Shown here: piece after piece, positions 53,085 through 64,000 of the stretch
Position numbering within the stretch: position 1 is the stretch's first letter
Layout: each line of letters opens with the position of its first letter
Source: Octopus sinensis
Lineage: Eukaryota
Assembly: GCF_006345805.1 (NCBI RefSeq)
Contig: NC_043021.1
Span: forward strand, 14,136,001 to 14,200,000
DNA: 64,000 nt
Reading direction: 5' to 3'
Notes under the pieces: model-generated
What the model was told of the DNA's origin: nothing
The model's database searches: none
The model's input: only the letters and a program-made list of their open reading frames with translations
Program-made: the position numbers and the translations under genes

Positions 53085-54253
53085 GTACGGTCTTTTGGGT
53101 TTTTTTTTCTGTAGAGTGTGTTGTCGTTGTTGTGTAACTTGCAATCAACAGGTAAACATTCACTCAATCCACACACTCATATGGCAGTGCTCCAGCATGG
53201 CCACAGCTCGTGAGCTAAAACTAGATAAAATAAAATAAAAAAATATGCACCTGCATAGTCATTTGTGTGCACATTCACATACACATATACATGCCCACTC
53301 ACTTTCACACACACACACACACTCACATTCACTTATATACACATATAGATGCATGTAGTCATGTAGTCATTCACACACACACACATTGTTGTATTTAGTC
53401 ATTCACACAAACATACATACACACATTTGCACACATACACATAACTGTGTGTTATGCACAATCACACCACAGAACTCACACACACTTAAACTCAAAGGCA
53501 TTCTAGCCAGGCCCATCCTGCCATTTAATGCATATCTAGGACTACTTTATCCAACAAAGCACAACAGCATATTTTGAGTGGGGGATTGCTATTTCTTATT
53601 TCTTTTCTGCCCACAAGGGGCTACACACAGAGGGTACAAACAAGGAGAGACAAAAGGATTAAGTTGATTATTTTGACCCCAGTGCGTAACTGGTACTTAA
53701 TTTATTAACCCCGAAAGGATAAAAGGCAAAGTTGACCTCGGTGGAATTTGAACTCAGAACGTAGCGGCAGACGAAATACCGCTAAGCATTTCGCCCGGCA
53801 TGCTAATGTTTCTGCCAGCTCGCCACCTATGCTATTTCTAACAAATTAAGCAACCATATAAAATCTCCCATGTTGTTTCATCACCATTTAATGTCTGTTT
53901 TCCATGCTGGAATGGGTTGGGCAGTTTGGCAGGGTCCACCAAGTCAGAAGACTGCTCCAAATTCTAACGTCTGTTTTGGCATGGTTTCTACTACTGGATG
54001 CCCTTCATAATGTCAGTCACTTTACAGAGGGTACTGGGTGCTTTTTTTAATGTGGCACCAGTAGCAGTGGTGTCTCCAAGTAATTTGCATGACAAGACAA
54101 GACCCTCCTTTACTGAGTGGGGAGTAGTATTGGGGACAGTAGGAGAGAAACATGACCACCTCAGGGAGAGAAAGAGAGAGAGAGAGAGAGAGGGGTGAAG
54201 ATACGAGTGAAGTTGTCTCAAGATGTATTATATTTCCTGGTGTGTTCTTGCAG

Positions 54254-54402
54254 CTCGAAACTTTGCAAAAGGAGCCATCAAGCAACAGAAGGCCACATTC
54301 AAAAGGTGGGGTATTTTAGGGGACTGGAACACACCTTATTTGACCATGGACCCAAAATATTCCAGCTGTCAGCTCAATGTTTTCTACAGTCTCTATAAGA
54401 AG
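54254..54402 (+). CDS. IARS2: IARS2 exon 4
   Basis: ttgcag|(A)RNFAKGAIKQQKATFKRWGILGDWNTPYLTMDPKYSSCQLNVFYSLYKK|gtaagt. 149 nt, phases consistent. Confidence 0.96.
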
Positions 54403-54889
54403 GTAAGTGATCAATGATCATCGTATCATTTATCTTTTCCTTTTTTATTCATTTGTTGGGTAACGGCCATGCTGGGGCACTACCTTGAAGGGTTTGATTG
54501 AACAAATCGACCCCGGTACTTGTTTATTTATATTTTAAAATTCAAGTGCTTATTATTTTGGTCTCTTTTGCAAAACTGCTAAGTTATGGGGGCACAAAAA
54601 AACCAACACTGGTTGACAGGCAGTGGGGGAGATGGACAGACACAAATGGACACACACACACACACACACACATGCTGAAAGGATCTTAGCTTATTGTGTG
54701 TGTATGTGTGTTTGTCCCCTTATCACTTGACAACTGGTGTTTGTTTGTTTACATCCCTGTAACATAGCTGTTTGCCAAAGAGATCAACGGAATGAGTACT
54801 AGGCTTAAAAATAAGTCCTGAGGTTGAATTGTTTGATGGCTGCAGTCAAATGATTAAAACAAGTAAAAGAATAAAGAATATATATAAAT

Positions 54890-54978
<89 letters not shown>

Positions 54979-55278
54979 TTTAGAATGGCATTGTAGGGTA
55001 GGTTCAAGAGGATGAATCTGGCCAGTTTGATCAAAATTAGGTAGAATATACCAGTGCTGAATATGGCAGATTAAAATTCTAAGGGGCTTAAGAAATGTCC
55101 AATCACAAAGAAAAATTTCAAGATGTCAACTACTTTAATTTTATTCATTTCATTTTTAAATTCTTTGCTTATTTTTTTCACCTCTGACTTTGTGAAAAAA
55201 AAAAATAATAATAAAAAAACCGAAGAAAAATAAAAACTATTTCTTTTTTTTCCTTTTTAATCCTAATTTTACTTGCAG

Positions 55279-55328
55279 GGTTTAATTTACCAAGATTTTA
55301 TGCCAGTATACTGGTCTCCATCATCAAG
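55279..55328 (+). CDS. IARS2: IARS2 exon 5
   Basis: ttgcag|GLIYQDFMPVYWSPSS(R)|gtaatc. 50 nt. PVYWSPSSRTALAE forms across the next junction. Confidence 0.95.
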
Positions 55329-56878
55329 GTAATCATATTTTTTATTAACTATATTTCATTTTCTTTTACTGGTTCCAGCAGTGGCCATGCTAGAGCACCC
55401 TAAGTACCACCACCACCACCCATCGCCCAGCTTTCAATGTTTCTTCACTGTCAAAGCTATGTACAGACCAATGCTTTGCCATGTGTGTGTAGCAAGAATA
55501 TATTTCTCTGATTCTTTTTTGTTTGTATTATTTGTAGATTAAAGTTAAACATTGGTCTTTTATATCAGTGGTTTTCGTTCTTTTACCTGTGGACCCTTTT
55601 GGTCCCTCTTTTACTCAGGTGGATCCCCTAGGCATTTGATGTTTAAAAAATCATATTGAATTTTTTAATTAAACATGCAAAGTGGCTGAGTTCTTTTCGA
55701 GTGTTGGGCCTCATGGAGGCAATGGCCAAGACCTTTGGCATTATGTCATGCTTGAAAAGAAGAACTGTCAAGCCGAGCAAAATCACAGTCTTGGCAGATA
55801 CCGGTGTTGAGCAATTGGCACCTATGGTGATGGCACATAAACACACTCAGGTGTCATGCAAATGGCACCTGTGCCGGTGGCATGTATAAACACCCATTAC
55901 ACACTTGGAGTGGTTAGCGTTAGGAAGGGCATCCAGCCATAGAAAACTATGCCAAATCGGACTGGAGTCTGGTGCAGCCTTCCAGTGTGCCAGCCCAGTC
56001 AAACCATCCAACCCATGCCAGTCTGGACAACACGCTAAATGATGATGACAATGATAATGGTAATTAGGAATTGTATTAAAAAATTGTTAACATAGTTTGT
56101 GTAATGTACAAATATAATCAATTTATTGCACATAAATTTTAACAACGAAACCTTATATGGAACCCCAAGGGGGTCACATGGACCCCTGGTTGAGAACCAC
56201 TGGTTCATATTGATTACACAGGCTGACCCTCAGATCATTTGCTCTGGGCTGGAGCCATTCTACTTAACCTTACCTTGTCAATTTGTGTGTTGTTACGGAG
56301 TTAACTCGAAAAGTAATGAAGCCCAACATGAGGTCTTTTATTTCCCTAAGTGACGTAACAGGTAACCTATGGTTTAATAATGTTGATCAGCAAACAACAG
56401 TGATCACTGAGAACAGTCTATTATTTTGAAGCTTCAATACAGTCATTGAACAGTGCTACAAGGTGGCATTTAAGAAAACATTGGGATCTGGAGTTCAAGT
56501 CTGACTTATCCATCTCCCTTTAAATTGTAGATCACATGCCAAACGGCAATTTTCTTTTTCTTAAGAAATAATGTGAATTTAGTGCTGGTTTCTTGTAAAA
56601 ATGCAACTGCCTTCATCTCGTCGCTAATCACATTGTAAAAATCTTTACCAACATCTTATGAGTTTTTAGAAATTGAAAAGCAACTTAAAGTAATCTCCCT
56701 TGTAGATCACATGCCAAAGCAGCACCCACAAATGCACACACATACGCATATAAATACATACCCGCCCATCCACACACACACACAGATAAATAAATGCATA
56801 CATACACACAAGCACAGAAACAAATGAGCCAAATCGTTTGATCGCTGGAATCTCTTATCTTTCTGTTTCACTTCCCAG

Positions 56879-56991
56879 GACAGCACTTGCTGAGTCTGAG
56901 CTTATTTATAACGCCAAACATGTCAGCCAGTCACTGTGGCTGACATTTGATGCTCGAACGATTCCAGAGAGTTTAGTACAACTGAGTGAAG
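56879..56991 (+). CDS. IARS2: IARS2 exon 6
   Basis: cttcccag|TALAESELIYNAKHVSQSLWLTFDARTIPESLVQLSE|gtatgg. 113 nt. Confidence 0.95.
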
Positions 56992-57158
56992 GTATGGAAT
57001 TTCATTAATGTCGTCTTCATCTTGTTGTTGTTGTTCTTCTTCATCTTCTACTTCTTGTTGCCATTGCTTCCACTAAAAATGTTGTCTACTTTGAAATTAG
57101 ATTTTGATATTATATTATACATACATACATATATATATGTGTGTATATGTTTACATGT

Positions 57159-57200
<42 letters not shown>

Positions 57201-58719
57201 GTGGAGGCGCATGGCTTAGTGGTTAGGGTATCAGCATCATGATCGTAAGATTGTGGTTTTGATTCCTGGACCGGGCGACGCGTTGTGTTCTTGAGCAAAA
57301 CACTTCATTTCACGTTGCTCCAGTCCACTCAGCTGGCAAAAATGAGTAACGTTGCGATGGACTGGAATCCCGTCAAGCTGGAGAACACATACGCCATTGA
57401 AACTGGGAAACCGGGCCCATGAGCCTGGCCAGGCTTCAAAAGGGTTCATTTATTTATTTTATAAATATGTATATATATATATACTTAAATATAAGAGAGT
57501 TACCGCTAAGTGGTTAACTCTAGTGCTAAAAATAGCTCCTTTTTCTGGTATAGCCACCAAAGTTGTTTCCACCAAGAAATAACATTTATGAATTTATATA
57601 TATATATATATATATATATAGATAGATAGATAGATAGATAGATATAGATAGATAGATATATCTATATGTAATCATCATCATCATCGTATAATGTCCTCCT
57701 TCCCTGACTGTCATCCTTTTCGGGGTCGATAAAATATGTGCCACTCAAACACTGAGGTCAGTGTAATCGACTAGCCTCCTCCCTGCAAATTTCAGACCTT
57801 GTGTCTGTAGAAGAGAGAAAAACTATTATTATTTTTATTGTTATTGAGTGAGAGAACAACGCATGCCATCAAAGTGACACGGGGGTAAAATATACAAAGC
57901 CCAATATACCCATCATGACTACCAGTCTGATAAGGGTACACCTGGCATATACATCAAAACTATATGTGTGTGACATGGTGATTTCATATCAAGATAAACA
58001 GTGCATGACCTTGCAGGTGGGGCCCAGTTAGAGCTTTCATCAGGTTGAGTAACTCATCCCATTCAAACGATCCCTGAATAAAGTTTGTTTAAGGATGTTG
58101 AACAAAACATCCATATTTCCAGAGGTGAATTATTCAAACCTCAATTCCTCTCAATACATGGCTATAATGCTCCTCCGCTACTTCTGCTCGTGATCAGAGA
58201 TGCACATATCGTCAGTCACCAAGGGACATGCTCAACTGGTTATGGTCAAACAACTGACAAGCAAATCTGTGGTATTGAGCAGAATATTTGCTGTAGCCCA
58301 TCTTTTATACGAAGACAAAACAATGTACATGATAACACTTCCAACCAGTTAAGATCAGAAGCCATGAGAGCCTCTGCCTGGCACTGCACTAAAGCATTTT
58401 ATTATTATTATAAATTGTTCATAAATATACATATCATTATTAAAGAGGTTCAATTAGGGTGGTAAGCTGTCAGAATTGTTAGCACACCAGGCAAAATGCT
58501 TAGTGGTATTTCATCCCTCTTTACATTCTGAGTTCAAATTCTGCTGAGGTCACCTTTGATTTTCATCCTTTCAGGGTCGATTGAATCAGTACCAGTTACA
58601 CACTGGGGTCAATGTAATCGACTTAATCCCTTCCCATAAATTTGAGGCCTTGTGCTTTCAGTATAAAGGATTATTAAACAGGTGATAGCTTTTCATGTTT
58701 ATATATTTCTGTTTTTAAG

Positions 58720-58816
58720 GCAAAATACTGAAAAAACCTGTTAAATTACTTGTTTGGACCACCACACCATGGACGATTCCAGCCAACCAAGCTATTTGTT
58801 TTGGCGCTGACATTAA
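58720..58816 (+). CDS. IARS2: IARS2 exon 7 (CP1 editing domain, Thr-rich motif)
   Basis: ttttaag|(G)[31 protein letters not shown]|gtaagt. Contains WTTTPWT. 97 nt. Confidence 0.96.
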
Positions 58817-58961
58817 GTAAGTTATCACCAGAGTTTTTATCACATCGTCAACTGCAGTTCAAACTGGAATTTTAGTCACATACCAATTTGAGCACTCAGA
58901 GCACATGTCTATTAGTTTGAGTCACCCTGTCGAAAAAAAACTCCTTGTATCTTATATATAT

Positions 58962-59778
58962 ATCATCATCATCATCATCATCGTTGTTTAGCATCTGCTT
59001 TCCATGCTGGGATGGGTTGGACGGTTTAACTGAGGACTGGTGAGCCAGATGGCTCCAATCTGATCTGGCAAAGTTTCTACAGCTGGATGCCCTTCCTGAT
59101 GCCAACCACTCTGAGAGTGTAGTGGGTGCTTTTATGTGCCACCGGCATGAGGGCCAGTCAGGCGGTACTGGCAACGAACACACTCGAATGGTGTTTTTTA
59201 CATGCTACCTGCACAGCTGCCAGTAAGGTGACGCTGGCAATGATCACGCTCAAATGGTGCTTTTTGCGTGCCACCAGCATGGGAGCCAGTCAACAGCCCT
59301 AGCAATGATCATGCTCGGATGGCGCTTTTAACATTCCACTGGCTCGGGTGCCAATCAAATGGTACTGTCATCTGCCATGTCAGCGATTTTGATTTCACTT
59401 GCCTTGACAAGTCTTCACAAGCAAAGTTTATTGTCCAATGAATGAAGGATACTCATAATTGGGCTGGTTATACACCACTGGCATAGGCCACGGGTTATGG
59501 TCTCACTTGGTTTGCCGGGTCTTCTCAAGCACAGCATATCTCCAAAGGTCTCGGTCACTAGTCATTGTCTCGGTGAGGCCCAATGTTCAAAGGTCATACT
59601 TCACCACCTCATCCCAGGTCTTCCTTGGTCTACCTCTTCCACAGGTTCCCTCAACTGCTAGGGTGTGACACTTTTTCACACAGCTGTCCTTATCCATTCG
59701 CGACACACCACCATACCAGTGCAATCGTCTCTCTTGCACACCACATCTGATGCTTCTTAAGACCAGCTTTTCTCTCAG
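58962..59778 (-). mobile_element. Truncated RTE LINE (ORF C-terminus + 3' UTR) in IARS2 intron 7
   Basis: Similar to 21331-22150, with a (CAT)n tail at ~58962-58982. Confidence 0.85.
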
Positions 59779-59792
59779 GGCACATACATATA

Positions 59793-59836
<44 letters not shown>

Positions 59837-60022
59837 CTCCACCAAGGATCAGTTCTCAGACCTCTTATTCATCATTTAATGTCCACACTACCATGCTTGC
59901 ATGGATCAGAAAGATATATGTTGATACCAACGGCTTGTGGTTTATAGGTGCCAGAGACTTAAACATACACACTTTCACCATATACACACTACTCCTACAC
60001 ACATACATACACTCATGCACTG

Positions 60023-60056
<34 letters not shown>

Positions 60057-60184
60057 ATACATATACACGGGGTTGGATTATCCAGAGTTAGCTACTAGTG
60101 TAAGAGAATGAGTGCATATTTGAATTAATCATCAATGCTACTACTACTACTACTAAGCTGTAACTGTTTTTCATTTTTTGTCAG

Positions 60185-60294
60185 GTACTGCTGTGTGGAA
60201 ACTGCAGACACCATGTACATATGTTGCGAGGAATTTGTCCCAACTCTTAAAGACATATTGGCATCTCCTGCTGAGGTAACACTGACGTTTGAAG
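60185..60294 (+). CDS. IARS2: IARS2 exon 8
   Basis: tgtcag|YCCVETADTMYICCEEFVPTLKDILASPAEVTLTFE|gtgagt. 110 nt, phase 2 to phase 1 fits both neighbours. Confidence 0.9.
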
Positions 60295-61718
60295 GTGAGT
60301 TTCTCTCTCTCTCTCAGTCTCTTGCACGTCGTCTTGTTGCATACACCCCCCACACACGCACACAGAGGCATACATACACGACATTCACACACACACACAG
60401 GCATACATACACGACATTTACACACACACACACACAGGCATACATACACGACATTCACACACACATACACTGATGCATACACACTGACACACACAAGCAC
60501 TCGCACATGTACACTCATGCACTGACACACAAATGTTGACACTCACCAAGGAGACAGTAACACACACACACACACATACACACACACAACAGGCTTCCTT
60601 TAGTTTCAATGTTCAATGAAGATGATGATGCGTATATGTATGTGCATGTGTGTGTGTGTGTTCCAATACCTATTTCTTTACTACCCACAAGGGGCTAAAC
60701 ACAGAGAGGACAAACAACGACACCACAAACAGATTAAGTCGATTATATCGACCCCAGTGCGTAACTGGTACTTATTTAATCGACCCCGAAAGGATGAAAG
60801 GCAAAGTCGACCTCGGCAGAATTTGAACTCAGACCGTAACGGCAGACAAAATACCACTAAGCATTTTGCCCGGCGTGCTAACGTTTCTACCAGCTCGCCG
60901 CTTTCAATATCTTAAACATAGTGTGATGATTTTCAGTGAGCTTCATTGTCCTTCAAGCACTGTTGTTCAGTTCCAGTCTTGCATGACAAAATGCTATCTT
61001 ACTGGAAAGCAGATGAGGGTTGACAACAGGAGGAGCGTTCGGCTGTAGGAAATCTGCTTCAACTAATTCTATCTGAAGTAGGAAAGGCAAATGTTAAACA
61101 ATGATGACTGTGTGTGTTTGGTAGGGCTGAAGATCACAAATGTTAAAGTGCTATTATGTGAGTTTGAGCAGCAAACGACCATGTTATATGTCCCAAGCAT
61201 TTCTCCGCTTACTAAGTAAATAATGCGCATGGCCAGATGCCGCTGTATACGAACTTCAAAAAAGCAAGTTAAATGATTCTTCAGTTTCAATCAACTGAGA
61301 TGAAAAAAAAAAAAAAAGAAACCACCCAAAGAGAAGTGTTTCTTCATATTATGAATCTTTGAATCTTTGGAAAGCTCAAAGGCAAAGTTGTATCTCTTTC
61401 TTTTCTCTCTTTTACTTGTTTCAGTCATTTGACTGCGGCCATGCTGGAGCACCGCCTTTAATCGAGCAACTCGACCCCGGGACTTATTCTTTTGTAAGCC
61501 CAGTACTTATTCTATCGGTTCTCTTTTGCCGAACCGCTAAGTTACGGGGACAAACACACCAGCATTGGTTGTCAAGCAATGCTAGGGGGACAAACACAAA
61601 CACACACGCGCATACATATATATATACATATATACGACAAGCTTCTTTCAGTTTCCGTCTGTGAGAGGGTGACTGTATTTGACTACAACTGCTACTAATA
61701 CTAATACTGCTGCTGCTG

Positions 61719-61761
<43 letters not shown>

Positions 61762-61855
61762 CATGACTACTACCACCACTACCGTCACCCCCCCTCACCC
61801 CCACCCCATTACCACCACTATTGTTGTTATTAATGCTGTTGTTGTTCAAAACCAG

Positions 61856-62022
61856 GTTCAGAGCTGTCGTCGATGACATACTGCCACCCACTCAACAACG
61901 AAGAACTACCGGTATACTCAGCCAGTCATGTGACATCAACAAAGGGAACCGGCCTCGTCCATACAGCCCCAGCCCATGGACATGATGACTTCCATATTGC
62001 TATTGACCATGGACTATCTGTT
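61856..62022 (+). CDS. IARS2: IARS2 exon 9 (CP1 editing site); gene continues beyond the window
   Basis: accag|(G)SELSSMTYCHPLNNEELPVYSASHVTSTKGTGLVHTAPAHGHDDFHIAIDHGLSV|gtaagt. Contains GTGLVHTAPAHGxDD. 167 nt. Confidence 0.96.
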
Positions 62023-62319
62023 GTAAGTACTGATGGAAAATTTATCAACTGACTGACCACATATGGTCACTGTCTTGCAAACATAACACGCAATTGCACA
62101 TGATCACACATGGTCACTCTATAACACAGGCAAACCTGCTCACTGTCACACATGGTTACCCTGTCACACAAGCCATGCATGGTCGCCCTGTTACACACAG
62201 TTGCACTTCATTCTGTCACACAGTCACACATGGTCACCTTGTCACATACAGTCACACATGGTTAACCCATCACACTGTTACATATGGTCACCCTGTCACA
62301 CATAGTCTACATACAGGGA

Positions 62320-63480
62320 ATGAAACTCTAGGTGTGGAAGCAAAACCTGGAATCAAAGGGATCTTAAAGACAACTTAGCAAAGACCAAAGTTCTAAGTAG
62401 CAGCAAAAAAACAGACAGAATGTTAATCCCTTTAGGTAATTGGCCCTGTTTTATATGTAGAAAGGGTGTTGGTAGAAATTGTATAGGGTGCACTCAGTTT
62501 AAACTGTGGACACAATGAAATAAGCAGTGGAACCACTGGAAGATAGTTCCTGTTACCTAGGAAATCTAAATGGTTGGGGTAAAATGTTAGGGGTGATGTG
62601 CTGAAAGTATAGTCACCTGAATAAGAACAGGCTGGAGAAAGTTCGAGACCTATTACCTCTGTTAGTAACAAAAGGCCTCTCACTCAGAGTGACAGGCAGC
62701 TTGTATGATGCTTGAGTATAAATGGCAGTGCTACATGGTTGTGAGACTTGAGCTGTGGATGCAGAGGATATGTGACTGTGCCGGTGGCACGTAAAAAGCA
62801 CCAACCGATCGTGGCCATTGCCAGCCTCCCCTGGCACCCATGCCGGTGGCACGTAAAAAGCACCAACCGATCGTGGCCGTTGCCAGCCTCCCCTGGCAAA
62901 CATGCCGGTGGCATGTAAAAAGCACCAACTGATCGTGGCCGTTGCCAGCCTCCCCTGGCAAACATGCCAATGGCACGTAAAAAGCACCCATTACACTCAC
63001 GGAGTGGTTGGCGTTAGGAAGGGCATCCAGCTGTAGAAACACTGCCAGATCTGACTGGAACCTGGTGCAGCCTCCTGGCTTCCCAGACCCCAGTTGAACC
63101 GTCCAGCCCATGCAGCATGGAAAAAAGACATTAAACAATGATGATGATGATGTCAGAAAGATAAGAAGCTAGCAGTGTCAGTGTGTATGTATGACAAAAT
63201 GCAAATGTGTTGAGAGAAAAACTGGGCATAAGAGGCATCAAGTGTGAAATGCAAGAGAGGAGGCTGCGTTGGTATGGTCATGCGATGCAGATGGATAGGG
63301 GACAGCTGCATAAAGAAGAGTCGATTTCTAAATATTGAAGGAGTCTGTGGAAGAGGGAAACCCAGGAAGTTATGAGATGTAGGGAAGACTGACCTCAGAA
63401 TGTTGAGCCTCGTAGAGGAGATGATGGGGGACTAAGATGAATGGCGATATGCTGTGTTTGAGAAGACCCATCCAACTCAG
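62320..63480 (+). mobile_element. Degenerate RTE ORF remnant interrupted by a younger RTE 3' UTR insertion (~62775-63152)
   Basis: Decayed similarity to LAKTKVL/PCSICRKGVGRN/RRLRWYGH segments. The inserted 3' UTR has a (ATG)n tail. Confidence 0.7.
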
Positions 63481-64000
63481 CAAAAATAAAGCCCTGTCAA
63501 ACCTCCTGCCACAACTCATCTTTTAACACCCATTCCTCCATCACTTTACTGTAGTACTATTCACTTAGATGCTGTAAATGATACCACTTATCCCCATCCC
63601 CTTACACTTCTCATTGTATCCCTACTGCTATCCCTTAACGTCCCCTCCTCCCTGACCCACTTCTCTTTCCTTTCCTGACTGGAAGACTTTTAAATGTAAA
63701 TCTTCTGGGGTAAAGACTGACCTAGGGTAAAATAAATACCACATAAAATGTAATTTCCTCTATAAAATAATTTTACAGAGCGGGAACAGTTATGAAATCT
63801 AAAGAAAAAAGAAACAATAAAAAATGTTGTTATATTTGCTTATGTTATTTTATAAATTAACATTGTTCATTGTACTAAAAATTAATATTGTTCATTATAA
63901 ATAAACATCATTGAACTGTAAATTTACATTTTTTAAAAATTAACATTATTTATTGTCCTTTTTGTAAGTTAACACCATTCAATGTAAAGTAAATTAATAT

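Overview
AT-rich, microsatellite- and retroposon-dense eukaryotic DNA. The SINE/RTE-LINE repertoire and the intron-exon style suggest a coleoid cephalopod, probably an octopus (inference). The only well-supported protein-coding gene is the 5' part of a nuclear gene for mitochondrial isoleucyl-tRNA synthetase (IARS2). Nine + strand exons (48030-62022) splice in frame at GT-AG boundaries, and the gene continues past the window. Most ORF-track entries are microsatellite or repeat artefacts. The rest of the window holds RTE LINE copies and 3' ends, three tRNA-derived SINE families, a Penelope-like RT remnant, GG-terminated MITEs with 8-bp target-site duplications, a non-autonomous Helitron, a ~4-kb foldback element and minisatellites. 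The most notable signal is a ~535-bp tandem array at 26100-27750. Each unit carries a Type I hammerhead ribozyme with a palindromic helix III and an unusually long helix II, and a fourth, inverted copy lies just upstream. This is retrozyme/Penelope pLTR-like architecture. Several other dispersed repeat families carry degenerate or core-variant hammerheads, one of them behind a tRNA-like Pol III head. All calls were made by eye and no database searches were run.
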